DNA of 46,576 nt from a virus: IMG/VR virus record IMGVR_UViG_3300025381_000024; one strand, given 5' to 3'. A program made the translations under genes and the position numbers. Positions 17,107 through 23,533 of this stretch are shown here, in pieces. The first letter of the stretch is position 1. Every line of letters begins with the position of its first letter. The notes beneath the pieces are model-generated. The model was not told the DNA's origin. It worked only from the letters and a program-made list of their open reading frames with translations, and searched no databases.

Positions 17107-17552
17107 TGGAATATTCTAAAGATGGTGCTCACCTTACTGAGCAATTTGAAGGATGCAAACTTACTGCTTATCCTGATCCTGCTACTGGTGGCGATCCTTG
17201 GACTATTGGTTATGGGCATACTGGCAACGATGTATACCCAGGCTTAACTATTACCCAAGAACAAGCTGAAGAATTGCTTATGAAAGATGTCCAGAAGGCT
17301 GCTGCTGATGTCAATGCAAAAGTAACTACCGATATGAACCAAGGCGAATTTGATGCCTTGGTGGACTTTGTATTCAATTGTGGTGCAGGTAACTTTAATG
17401 GCTCTACCTTATTAAAAAAAATTAATGAGGGAGATATGGAAGGCGCAGCCCAAGAGTTTGATAAATGGGATATGGCTGCTGGTAAGCATTTGGCTGGTCT
17501 TTTAAGGCGCAGACAAGCTGAAACTGCGGAATTCTTGTCCAACCTTGCATGA
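17106..17552 (+). CDS. Endolysin, glycoside hydrolase family 24 (T4/P22-type lysozyme)
   Basis: LTEQFEGCKLTAYPDPATGGDPWTIGYGHTG matches the catalytic E...D...T and TIGYGHT signature of GH24 lysozymes. Confidence 0.9.
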   Translation: MEYSKDGAHLTEQFEGCKLTAYPDPATGGDPWTIGYGHTGNDVYPGLTITQEQAEELLMKDVQKAAADVNAKVTTDMNQGEFDALVDFVFNCGAGNFNGSTLLKKINEGDMEGAAQEFDKWDMAAGKHLAGLLRRRQAETAEFLSNLA

Positions 17553-17761
17553 GTGCTGATTATTTTGATGATGCCTCGGATATGGAAGAATTACATAGAA
17601 ATCTAGCAATAAAAAATATTCGAGATCAAAAAAAGAATCTTTTTAGCGGTCATTGTTTATATTGCAATGACACTATTTCAGAAGGCAGATTTTGTAGTCA
17701 AGAATGCCGAGAAGATTGGAAAATGGAAGAAAACTTAAAGAAAATCAAAGGCTTGAGATAA
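17549..17761 (+). CDS. TraR/DksA-family C4 zinc-finger protein
   Basis: DDASDMEELHRNLAIKNIRDQ plus C-x2-C...C-x3-C (HCLYCNDTISEGRFCSQEC) follows the phage TraR-like pattern D.AS..EEL.R..AI. Confidence 0.65.
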   Translation: MSADYFDDASDMEELHRNLAIKNIRDQKKNLFSGHCLYCNDTISEGRFCSQECREDWKMEENLKKIKGLR

Positions 17762-17957
17762 GCCCTGCAAGCTGTATTATTTGCATTAAATAGACTCTAA
17801 TTTCTTGATTTTTAGCAAATTGATCGGCATTATCGTTAATTTTTTGAGCAATGCCAAGACTGTCAATTAAATCTTTAAATTCTTTATCGGTAATAAGCCC
17901 AGAATCAAATTGGGCTTTATATCCTTTGGCTTCTCCAGCTAATTCTTGAATATTCAT
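17745..17957 (-). CDS. Hypothetical protein (70 aa), last gene of the leftward operon
   Basis: ORF coupled to the upstream gene (ATGA overlap at 17954-17957). Its 3' end converges on and overlaps the TraR-like gene. Confidence 0.55.
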   Translation of the reverse strand: MNIQELAGEAKGYKAQFDSGLITDKEFKDLIDSLGIAQKINDNADQFAKNQEIRVYLMQIIQLAGLISSL

Positions 17958-18304
17958 CTTGGCTTATTTCCAGTAACTTTTTGAATTGATTCTGCGCTAG
18001 ATTCAATTATATTCATCTTTGCTTTGCAATAAGCTGGGCTTGGGTTGTCAATCTTATGTAAACCATCCACCAACTTGTACAAGTCATTTACCAAGGCGAT
18101 TTCCTGGTCATTGTCTGGAAGATATTGACTGTAATTTTTAAGTTCTAGGGTCTGTGTATACATAATGTATACATTTAATTTTGAGCAATCAACCAATTGA
18201 GCCTGGGTGCGAATGCGGTTGACATAGCTATATTCTATAGGGTCAAAGCTGCCAATCATTAAAGAGCACCCAGATAACATAAGAATTGGCAAAAACTTAA
18301 TCAT
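17954..18304 (-). CDS. Lipoprotein (116 aa), possible superinfection-exclusion-type factor
   Basis: Signal peptide with lipobox MIKFLPILMLSGC. It is an early leftward gene. Confidence 0.65.
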   Translation of the reverse strand: MIKFLPILMLSGCSLMIGSFDPIEYSYVNRIRTQAQLVDCSKLNVYIMYTQTLELKNYSQYLPDNDQEIALVNDLYKLVDGLHKIDNPSPAYCKAKMNIIESSAESIQKVTGNKPR

Positions 18305-18482
18305 ATATTCCAGCTTCCATTAATTTTTTTCTTAATCTTTGAATTTCTGCTTGCATAATTTGTAATTGATGTCTTAGCATGGATTCGGTATCTTCTTTAT
18401 CCATAACACTAGCACCGCTATTGACAATCACAACTGGTTCAGTCATAGCTGCAATCCGATATTCTAAGGTAAATGTAGTCAT
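18297..18482 (-). CDS. Hypothetical protein (61 aa from ATG 18482; the ORF track extends it to a TTG at 18602)
   Basis: ATG 18482 is coupled (ATGA) to the stop of a hydrophobic micro-ORF read in another frame. The 101-aa version needs a TTG start. Confidence 0.45.
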   Translation of the reverse strand: MTTFTLEYRIAAMTEPVVIVNSGASVMDKEDTESMLRHQLQIMQAEIQRLRKKLMEAGIYD

Positions 18483-18580
18483 TTTTTTTGCAGATAAATC
18501 ATCAGCAATATTGCAATCATAAATATCCAAAAGATGATTCCAGTAGTCAATAAAAATCCAAAAATCAAATCCATAATCAT
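18479..18580 (-). CDS. Hydrophobic micro-ORF (33 aa)
   Basis: MIMDLIFGFLLTTGIIFWIFMIAILLMIYLQKK. An AGGAAAG Shine-Dalgarno sequence lies 7 nt upstream. The stop overlaps the next ATG. Confidence 0.4.
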   Translation of the reverse strand: MIMDLIFGFLLTTGIIFWIFMIAILLMIYLQKK

Positions 18581-18738
18581 TTTTTTGCTTTCCTGGCGGC
18601 AATTTCTTGCTGCAATATGTACCAAAACTGAGATTTAATTATCATGCCCATCCCCCTAGTCTAATGGCAAATCGCATAGCCGATAGCAATACTACTGATG
18701 CAATCACCATTATTGCAATAGCTACCTTATCTGCCCAG

Positions 18739-18912
18739 TTATTCTGCATAATTTACAGTATTAAAAATAATGTTTTGAATAATTACATCCATTTCAATTG
18801 CGGTGTCATACAACTGTTTTCTACCTTGAATTTCAGGATTTGCATTTAACATTTCTAATCGGTTGGTTAATTTTTTAAGATCAATAATCTGTTGACTAAT
18901 TTCTGTGTTCAT
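18739..18912 (-). CDS. Hypothetical protein (57 aa)
   Basis: MNTEISQQIIDLKKLTNRLEMLNANPEIQGRK..., on the same strand as the operon. It starts 1 nt after the upstream micro-ORF stop (TAAAATG). It is below the ORF-track cutoff. Confidence 0.5.
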   Translation of the reverse strand: MNTEISQQIIDLKKLTNRLEMLNANPEIQGRKQLYDTAIEMDVIIQNIIFNTVNYAE

Positions 18913-18913
18913 T

Positions 18914-19000
18914 TTATCTGTCCTTAAAGTGAATGAATATTACAAAAATAAAGCCAGTAATTACCACCAGGGCAAAATACATGGCTTCATCATTGCTCAT
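18914..19000 (-). CDS. Hydrophobic micro-ORF (28 aa)
   Basis: MSNDEAMYFALVVITGFIFVIFIHFKDR. Its ATG overlaps the stop of 18997-19206 (ATGA). Confidence 0.4.
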   Translation of the reverse strand: MSNDEAMYFALVVITGFIFVIFIHFKDR

Positions 19001-19206
19001 TTAATTCTCGCTACTTTCGCTTGTTTTAATGCTTGCTCATAGAGTTCTTTGGCATGGTCATCCAAATTTCTTAATGGCAAATTTTGATAATACTTCCATT
19101 TATCTTTGTACTCTTGGAGTTCAGATGGCGGTATCCAACCATATTGATTTTTCCAGCGCAAAGCAATGTCAGTACCAGATGCTGTCCATATATAAGGTGT
19201 TCTCAT
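18997..19206 (-). CDS. Hypothetical protein (69 aa)
   Basis: ORF with an AAAGGAAAA Shine-Dalgarno sequence upstream, in the leftward operon. Confidence 0.6.
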   Translation of the reverse strand: MRTPYIWTASGTDIALRWKNQYGWIPPSELQEYKDKWKYYQNLPLRNLDDHAKELYEQALKQAKVARIK

Positions 19207-19215
19207 GATTTTCCT

Positions 19216-19314
19216 TTAAATTGATAAAGCAAACATACAACCAAAAATAATGCCAAAAACTAAAACACCAAGGGCTTCGACCCACAAAGGGATATTCCAA
19301 CTGTCATAAAACAT
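19216..19314 (-). CDS. Hydrophobic micro-ORF (32 aa)
   Basis: MFYDSWNIPLWVEALGVLVFGIIFGCMFALSI. It fills the gap between two genes exactly (TAATATG at its start). Confidence 0.4.
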   Translation of the reverse strand: MFYDSWNIPLWVEALGVLVFGIIFGCMFALSI

Positions 19315-19315
19315 A

Positions 19316-19504
19316 TTAATCTCCTAATCTTGACTGTGATTTATTAAGCATGGCAAATACTTGATTGGCATTAGAAGCAGCATAGTCTGGACAAACTGGA
19401 TATTCATTTCCATCGCTGCGAACTGCCATCCAACAACCAGGGATTGATGCCTTTACCCTGGGATTATATTTTTCAGGTACTAAGTAAACTTCCACTATTT
19501 TCAT
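19316..19504 (-). CDS. Hypothetical protein (62 aa)
   Basis: ORF coupled to the upstream gene (ATGA overlap at 19501-19504). Confidence 0.6.
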   Translation of the reverse strand: MKIVEVYLVPEKYNPRVKASIPGCWMAVRSDGNEYPVCPDYAASNANQVFAMLNKSQSRLGD

Positions 19505-19746
19505 GATTGACTCCTTGGAATTGAACCAACTAAATTACCTTCCATTACTTCAAAAATAATTAACTTTGCTCTATTCAAAGACTGTCTGGCTCTTTCATCC
19601 ATGCCAACAGCAATTTCTTCCTGGGCATCACTCATAATGCTGGCAGCGCACATAAGAGCACCAGAAAATTGATAGCTAAGAGATTCTTTGACGCTTGATA
19701 AAAAAGCATCTGGATCACAACCATACATTTGATTTACTTGACTCAT
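19501..19746 (-). CDS. Small early protein, paralogue of 32047-32277
   Basis: 81 aa. It shares MSQ..MYGCD...MSDAQEE.AVG..ERARQSLNRAK...FE.M.GN with the island gene. It is the first gene behind a promoter plus a CACGAAAGG leader. Confidence 0.7.
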   Translation of the reverse strand: MSQVNQMYGCDPDAFLSSVKESLSYQFSGALMCAASIMSDAQEEIAVGMDERARQSLNRAKLIIFEVMEGNLVGSIPRSQS

Positions 19747-19784
19747 TTTGATTTCCTTTCGTGAATAATCAAACTACATAAGAA

Positions 19785-19812
19785 GTATTACATAGATGTA
19801 TTATAGGCACAA
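19785..19812 (-). promoter_or_regulatory. Leftward sigma70-like promoter (TTGTGC-16 nt-TAATAC, with TG just upstream of the -10)
   Basis: The minus strand reads TTGTGCCTATAATACATCTATGTAATACTTCTTATGTAG...CACGAAAGGAAATCAAAATG. The 15-mer TGTAATACTTCTTAT is identical to the one at 22148-22162. Confidence 0.55.
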
Positions 19813-19840
19813 GTATTATTTTTACTTGTTGCTTTTTTGC

Positions 19841-19929
19841 ATAGGGTGGAGTCCCTATCTCTCACGAAAGGTCTGGCATTGCACCAGAAGGTAATTTTTG
19901 GGTGTACCACTCCCAGAAATAGGGACTCC
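19841..19929. other. Structured intergenic element: an 11-bp perfect closing stem enclosing two hairpins, with an alternative local hairpin
   Basis: GGAGTCCCTAT (19848-19858) pairs with ATAGGGACTCC (19919-19929). Inner hairpins are TCTGG-CATTGCA-CCAGA (19872-19888) and TGGG...CCCA (19899-19915). An upstream ATAGGG (19841-19846) can instead pair with CCCTAT (19853-19858). Confidence 0.6.
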
Positions 19930-19943
19930 AAGATCATTTTAGC

Positions 19944-20357
19944 TTAAAAAGGAATATCTTCATCTAAATTGGTTAAATTAACACCCTTTTGAGGGCTTTG
20001 AGAAGGTTTTGAATCTTCTGAAGGCTTACCCCCTAACATCTGCATTGTGCTTCCTATGACCTTTGTAGAGTACTTCTCGACACCAGTATTCTTGTCGGTA
20101 TACTTCTCAGTCTTAAGTTTGCCTTCAACATAGACTGAACTGCCTTTTTTGAGGTAGTCACCAGCGATTTCAGCCAGCTTTCCAAAAAAGACTACATTGA
20201 CCCATTCAGTTACTTCTTTCTGCTCACCCTGCTTATCTTTGTATTTCTCTGTACAAGCAACTGAAATATTGGTTACTGGGCTGCCATCTGGAAAAGACCT
20301 TTGTTCTGGGTCTTTTCCTAAATTGCCCACAATAATTACTTTATTTACTGATGCCAT
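19944..20357 (-). CDS. ssb: Single-stranded DNA-binding protein
   Basis: [16 protein letters not shown]-fold start, [12 protein letters not shown], a Gly/Pro/Ser-rich tail and the acidic C-terminal tip DEDIPF. Confidence 0.92.
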   Translation of the reverse strand: MASVNKVIIVGNLGKDPEQRSFPDGSPVTNISVACTEKYKDKQGEQKEVTEWVNVVFFGKLAEIAGDYLKKGSSVYVEGKLKTEKYTDKNTGVEKYSTKVIGSTMQMLGGKPSEDSKPSQSPQKGVNLTNLDEDIPF

Positions 20358-20359
20358 GA

Positions 20360-20632
20360 TTATTTAACCTCGCTTGTTAATACATCACCATTTTCAACAC
20401 CAATAATGAATTGAATAAGTTTTCTATAGCTAGAAATTTTGTTTTTAAGACCTACTATTTGTTTATTTTCTATTCTTAAACTTTCTTGTAATTTATCTAA
20501 AACAGATATGTGATGCTTTAATTCTTCAATTTTTTGTTCATATCTTTGAATTGAAGCACTAAGACTGTCATTGTGTTGCTCAAGCATTTTTGCTTTTTTT
20601 TGCCAATTGATATTTTCTGCATTTGATTTCAT
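20360..20632 (-). CDS. Coiled-coil protein (90 aa), hypothetical
   Basis: Heptad-rich sequence between the exonuclease and ssb genes. Confidence 0.6.
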   Translation of the reverse strand: MKSNAENINWQKKAKMLEQHNDSLSASIQRYEQKIEELKHHISVLDKLQESLRIENKQIVGLKNKISSYRKLIQFIIGVENGDVLTSEVK

Positions 20633-20635
20633 GAT

Positions 20636-21262
20636 TTATCCTAACTCAATGATTAATTGTTCAACTTCTTCCAAAAACTGCTTTACCTCTTGCTCCATCA
20701 ACTTAATTAATTGCTCATCCCTATAGGTTTTAACAATCAATAAGCGACTCTTTTCAGGCATTCTTGGATCGTAAGATACAAAATCGCACCATTCCCAATC
20801 CATTACCCAGATTTGCCCTTGTACTTGTTTGACATACTCAGTAGGCACAATCTTGTTTCGCCAATATTTAACATGAGTATGACTATCAGGGCATTTGATT
20901 TCCACACCGCCATTGGGAGTTGCGATCCGATCTGGAGAGCAGCCAACCCAAGGAATACTAGAGTGTTTCCAAAAACCTGTCTTGTCTAATAATGTTTCAC
21001 ATGAAACCTCATAAGCCATAGCAGCTTTTTCTTCTGTCTCCACACCCCATTCCATGCTTGGGTTTGAATAAGACTCACCAATTTCACCAGTAAGTCTTTC
21101 AATTGCCAGGCGAGTTTTGTATTTTTCCCTAGTAACAGACTCAGCACCACCTTTACCTTTAGCCATAACAGCATCTAGGTTAGAAGCTGATACATACCCC
21201 AGGCGAACCTTTTTCCATTCATCTGTACCCTGTTCTACATGGATAGAATCTTGAATAATCAT
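20636..21262 (-). CDS. YqaJ-type (lambda Exo-like) recombination exonuclease
   Basis: GTDEWKKVRLGYVSASNLDAVM is the typical YqaJ N-terminus. SPDRI...GGVEIKCP is a PD-(D/E)XK core. The gene is paired with an Erf-type annealase gene. Confidence 0.8.
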   Translation of the reverse strand: MIIQDSIHVEQGTDEWKKVRLGYVSASNLDAVMAKGKGGAESVTREKYKTRLAIERLTGEIGESYSNPSMEWGVETEEKAAMAYEVSCETLLDKTGFWKHSSIPWVGCSPDRIATPNGGVEIKCPDSHTHVKYWRNKIVPTEYVKQVQGQIWVMDWEWCDFVSYDPRMPEKSRLLIVKTYRDEQLIKLMEQEVKQFLEEVEQLIIELG

Positions 21263-21801
21263 GATTGTGCTCCAAGCAATTCAGCTTTGCGAATATCTTT
21301 GGCTTTGACCAACTCTGGCAATTCGCCTAAAGTTTTGACCGCAGCAATGTAGACCTTTTTTAAAGCATCTTCGCTTAAAGCAGACATAATTTTGTTGATA
21401 TAAGGGTCAATACTGGGTGGCTCTGCGCCTGTAGTGGAATCAATGGCATCATGCTCAACAATCTCCAGGGCTGCCATCCAAAGGTATCTGCGTTGATAAG
21501 TCTCAACTGCACCAATGTTTTGCACCTCATGACAGCCTTTTAAGTTGGCTGATCCCATTGGACTTTCAATTTCTATTTTGTCACCTGAATCAATGTCAAC
21601 AATAGCCATTTTTGCTTGTTCAACATTAAAACTAACAATGCCACAAAGACCATTGTTTTCAAATACTCCTAAAGCTGGAATCAAAAAGTCGGCAAGTTCA
21701 AAATAGTTGTACTTGGCAAAATCATTGCGACCCGATTTTTTTAACTTTAAAAGATGAAATTCTTTTCTAGCTTGATTTAATTTTTTGTAAATAGTACTCA
21801 T
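21259..21801 (-). CDS. erf: ERF-family single-strand annealing protein
   Basis: By eye it aligns with P22 Erf (FAKYNYFELADFLIPALGVF versus FGKYKYRSCEDILEGVKPLL, and AVETYQRRYLWMAALEI versus ATSSYARKYCLNGLFGI). Confidence 0.75.
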   Translation of the reverse strand: MSTIYKKLNQARKEFHLLKLKKSGRNDFAKYNYFELADFLIPALGVFENNGLCGIVSFNVEQAKMAIVDIDSGDKIEIESPMGSANLKGCHEVQNIGAVETYQRRYLWMAALEIVEHDAIDSTTGAEPPSIDPYINKIMSALSEDALKKVYIAAVKTLGELPELVKAKDIRKAELLGAQS

Positions 21802-21822
21802 GTTTATTACCTTTCTTGATGA

Positions 21823-22122
21823 TTAATCTAAATAACCGCTTGATAAATTTTCTTCTGCATGACTAATTGCATAGTTCTCCATGTAGTCATAAGCCATTGA
21901 CCACAATTTCCTACCCAAAGCCTCAAAATCAATATCCACATGAGGTTTTGATAACATTTCCTCAATGATTGCTTGATCTTCTTTTTTGGCTTCTGAAATG
22001 CCTTCTGAGAAATTTGAATACTTTTTTATGCTGTATTCATCTTCCATGAGTTCAGCAACTCGATCATTGATCTTGTCTGAATCATCATCTTCTGGTTCGT
22101 AATACCGATTATTGTTGTACAT
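21823..22122 (-). CDS. Highly acidic early protein (99 aa), promoter-proximal
   Basis: 25 Asp/Glu against 10 Lys/Arg by direct count. It is the first gene behind the leftward promoter and the CACGAAAGG leader. Confidence 0.65.
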   Translation of the reverse strand: MYNNNRYYEPEDDDSDKINDRVAELMEDEYSIKKYSNFSEGISEAKKEDQAIIEEMLSKPHVDIDFEALGRKLWSMAYDYMENYAISHAEENLSSGYLD

Positions 22123-22154
22123 ATTTATCTACCTTTCGTGAGTTGATATAAGAA

Positions 22155-22182
22155 GTATTACACACAACTATTACAATTGCAA
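22155..22182 (-). promoter_or_regulatory. Leftward sigma70-like promoter (TTGCAA-16 nt-TAATAC)
   Basis: The minus strand reads AAAAGTTGTTGCAATTGTAATAGTTGTGTGTAATACTTCTTATATCAACTCACGAAAGGTAGATAAATATG. It shares the 15-mer TGTAATACTTCTTAT with the 19785 promoter. Confidence 0.55.
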
Positions 22183-22205
22183 CAACTTTTGTGTAAAAAT
22201 GCCAC

Positions 22206-22559
22206 ATGACTGAAATTACTTTGGAACTACCGCTTCCACCCACTATAAATAGCTATTGGGGATTCTCTGGTCATAGGCGATTTTTAACATTACCAGCCAG
22301 GGAGTTTAAGCAGCAAGTGGCTCATATAGTGAACCAGCAAAAAATTAATTTTGAAGATCAAAAATTATCTATTGACATCACATTATTTTGGAAAGATAAA
22401 AGAATTCAAGATTTAGATAATCGCTGCAAATCTTTACTGGATTCGCTTGTCCAGGCTGGTCTAGCCAATGATGATAGTCAATTTAAAGAAATACACATCT
22501 ATGAAGGTGGCATTTTAAAGGGTGGGAAAACCCTGATAAAAATATCTGTCATAGATTAA
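22206..22559 (+). CDS. rusA: RusA-family Holliday junction resolvase
   Basis: LELPLPPTINSYW..., DLDNRCKSLLDSLVQAGLANDDSQ and the C-terminal KGG..I align with E. coli RusA ([35 protein letters not shown]). Confidence 0.85.
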   Translation: MTEITLELPLPPTINSYWGFSGHRRFLTLPAREFKQQVAHIVNQQKINFEDQKLSIDITLFWKDKRIQDLDNRCKSLLDSLVQAGLANDDSQFKEIHIYEGGILKGGKTLIKISVID

Positions 22560-22585
22560 AAATTTACTGTAAACTTTTAAGACTG

Positions 22586-22601
22586 CCTAAATGGATTTAG
22601 G
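22586..22601. promoter_or_regulatory. 16-bp palindrome CCTAAAT-GG-ATTTAGG (possible operator)
   Basis: Perfect 7+2+7 dyad in the gap after rusA. The loop is too short for an RNA hairpin, so a protein-binding site is the more natural reading. Confidence 0.25.
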
Positions 22602-22646
22602 TAGCTATAGCTGGTGCTAATAAACTTTTTCGGAAAAAAGGAAAAA

Positions 22647-22844
22647 ATGCTTGAATTTCCCCCTCAAGACAAAATTGAGGTCTATGCCAATGAAACAGGA
22701 TTTATTTGTTTTAGATGTGCAGGTGATCTTGAAAATACCAAAGAACAAATAGTTTGTTTGACCATCGGTCAATTTCGATCAGTCATTAAAAATGCCGACA
22801 AACTAATTTCACAAGCAGATGAAATTAGAAAGGCAATCCAATGA
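22647..22844 (+). CDS. Hypothetical protein (65 aa from ATG 22647)
   Basis: An AAGGA Shine-Dalgarno sequence lies 5 nt upstream of ATG 22647. The ORF-track start at 22614 is a non-ATG codon. Confidence 0.55.
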   Translation: MLEFPPQDKIEVYANETGFICFRCAGDLENTKEQIVCLTIGQFRSVIKNADKLISQADEIRKAIQ

Positions 22845-23533
22845 CATACAAAATTAAGAATTGGAATAAATTTCAACATTTCAAGGATCGTAGACCACCC
22901 TGGGTAAAACTTTATCGAGATTTGCTGGATGATTTAGACTGGTTTGAACTTGATCCAGTATCTTCTAAAAATTTAATTAATTTATGGCTCATCGCAAGTG
23001 AATATGATGGATATTTGCCATCATTAGATATTCTATCTTTTAGATTAAGGCTTAAAAAACAAGAAGTTACAAGAATTTTATCTTGTCTTGGTCATTGGTT
23101 GGAACAAGATGATATCAAGGTGATATCAGAAGGATATCAAAGTGATAGTACAGAGACAGAGACAGAGACAGAGACAGAGACAGAGACAGAGACAGATATA
23201 TTCGTGGACTCAAAGATTCCACCATGCCCCCACCAAGCCATTATTGATATTTATCATCAAACATTGCCAGAGTTACCAAGAGTGATTTCTTGGAATAAAA
23301 CAAGGGAATCCCATTTAAAGCAACGCTGGAGAGAATTGTTTACTGAATTTGAATGCAAAAGTTCGGAAGAAGCCCTGGAATGGTTTAGGAATGATTTTTT
23401 TCAATTTATTAAAAGTTCCAAGTTTTTAACTGGGAAAACACATTCAAAGGATAGGAGACCATTTTTAGCAGATTTGGAATGGGTTATTAAACCAACCAAC
23501 TTTACAAAAATCATCGAAAGGAAATACCTATGA
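22841..23533 (+). CDS. Putative replication initiator/replisome organiser (O-like), two domains joined by a (TE)7 linker
   Basis: The conserved phage-type N-terminus NWNKFQHFKDRRPPWVKLYRDLLDD is followed by phased DNA repeats and an in-frame hexanucleotide repeat in the middle of the gene, as in lambda O. The functional assignment is tentative. Confidence 0.45.
   Translation: MTYKIKNWNKFQHFKDRRPPWVKLYRDLLDDLDWFELDPVSSKNLINLWLIASEYDGYLPSLDILSFRLRLKKQEVTRILSCLGHWLEQDDIKVISEGYQSDSTETETETETETETETDIFVDSKIPPCPHQAIIDIYHQTLPELPRVISWNKTRESHLKQRWRELFTEFECKSSEEALEWFRNDFFQFIKSSKFLTGKTHSKDRRPFLADLEWVIKPTNFTKIIERKYL
23111..23150. repeat. Four 11-bp phased direct repeats (consensus ARGTGATATCA), iteron-like
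   Basis: GATATCA starts at 23111, 23122 and 23133, and GATAGTA at 23144, an exact 11-bp spacing. Confidence 0.7.
23150..23197. repeat. Hexanucleotide tandem repeat (ACAGAG)x7 plus a partial unit, encoding (Thr-Glu)n
   Basis: Read directly: acagag repeated from 23150 and ending acagat. It translates to TETETETETETETETD. Confidence 0.9.

Noticed and set aside
17750-17764. Bidirectional terminator at the convergent junction of the TraR-like gene and the leftward operon
   Set aside because: It has only a 5-bp GGCTT/AAGCC stem with no flanking T or A runs and lies inside both coding regions. This is too weak to call.
18607-18849. 80-aa plus-strand ORF from the ORF track
   Set aside because: It runs against a uniformly leftward operon and has no Shine-Dalgarno sequence. 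It is overlapped by better-supported minus-strand small ORFs (18739-18912 and the micro-ORFs).
19848-19929. Possible tRNA or tRNA-like gene (82-nt cloverleaf-like fold)
   Set aside because: On neither strand is there a T-loop of GTTCRANYC type or a U33 in the 7-nt loop (CATTGCA / TGCAATG). There are no D-loop GG residues. The closing stem is 11 bp instead of 7. It is kept as an unclassified structured element.
22123-22205. Rightward promoter for rusA (TTACAA-17 nt-TAAAAA) giving an almost leaderless mRNA
   Set aside because: The hexamers are poor and AT-rich sequence yields many such matches. The divergent region surely contains a rightward promoter, but I cannot place it with confidence.
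23150-23197. CRISPR-like or regulatory tandem repeat
   Set aside because: The unit is only 6 nt with no spacers, and it lies in frame inside a coding gene, where it encodes (Thr-Glu)n. It is a coding microsatellite, not a CRISPR array.
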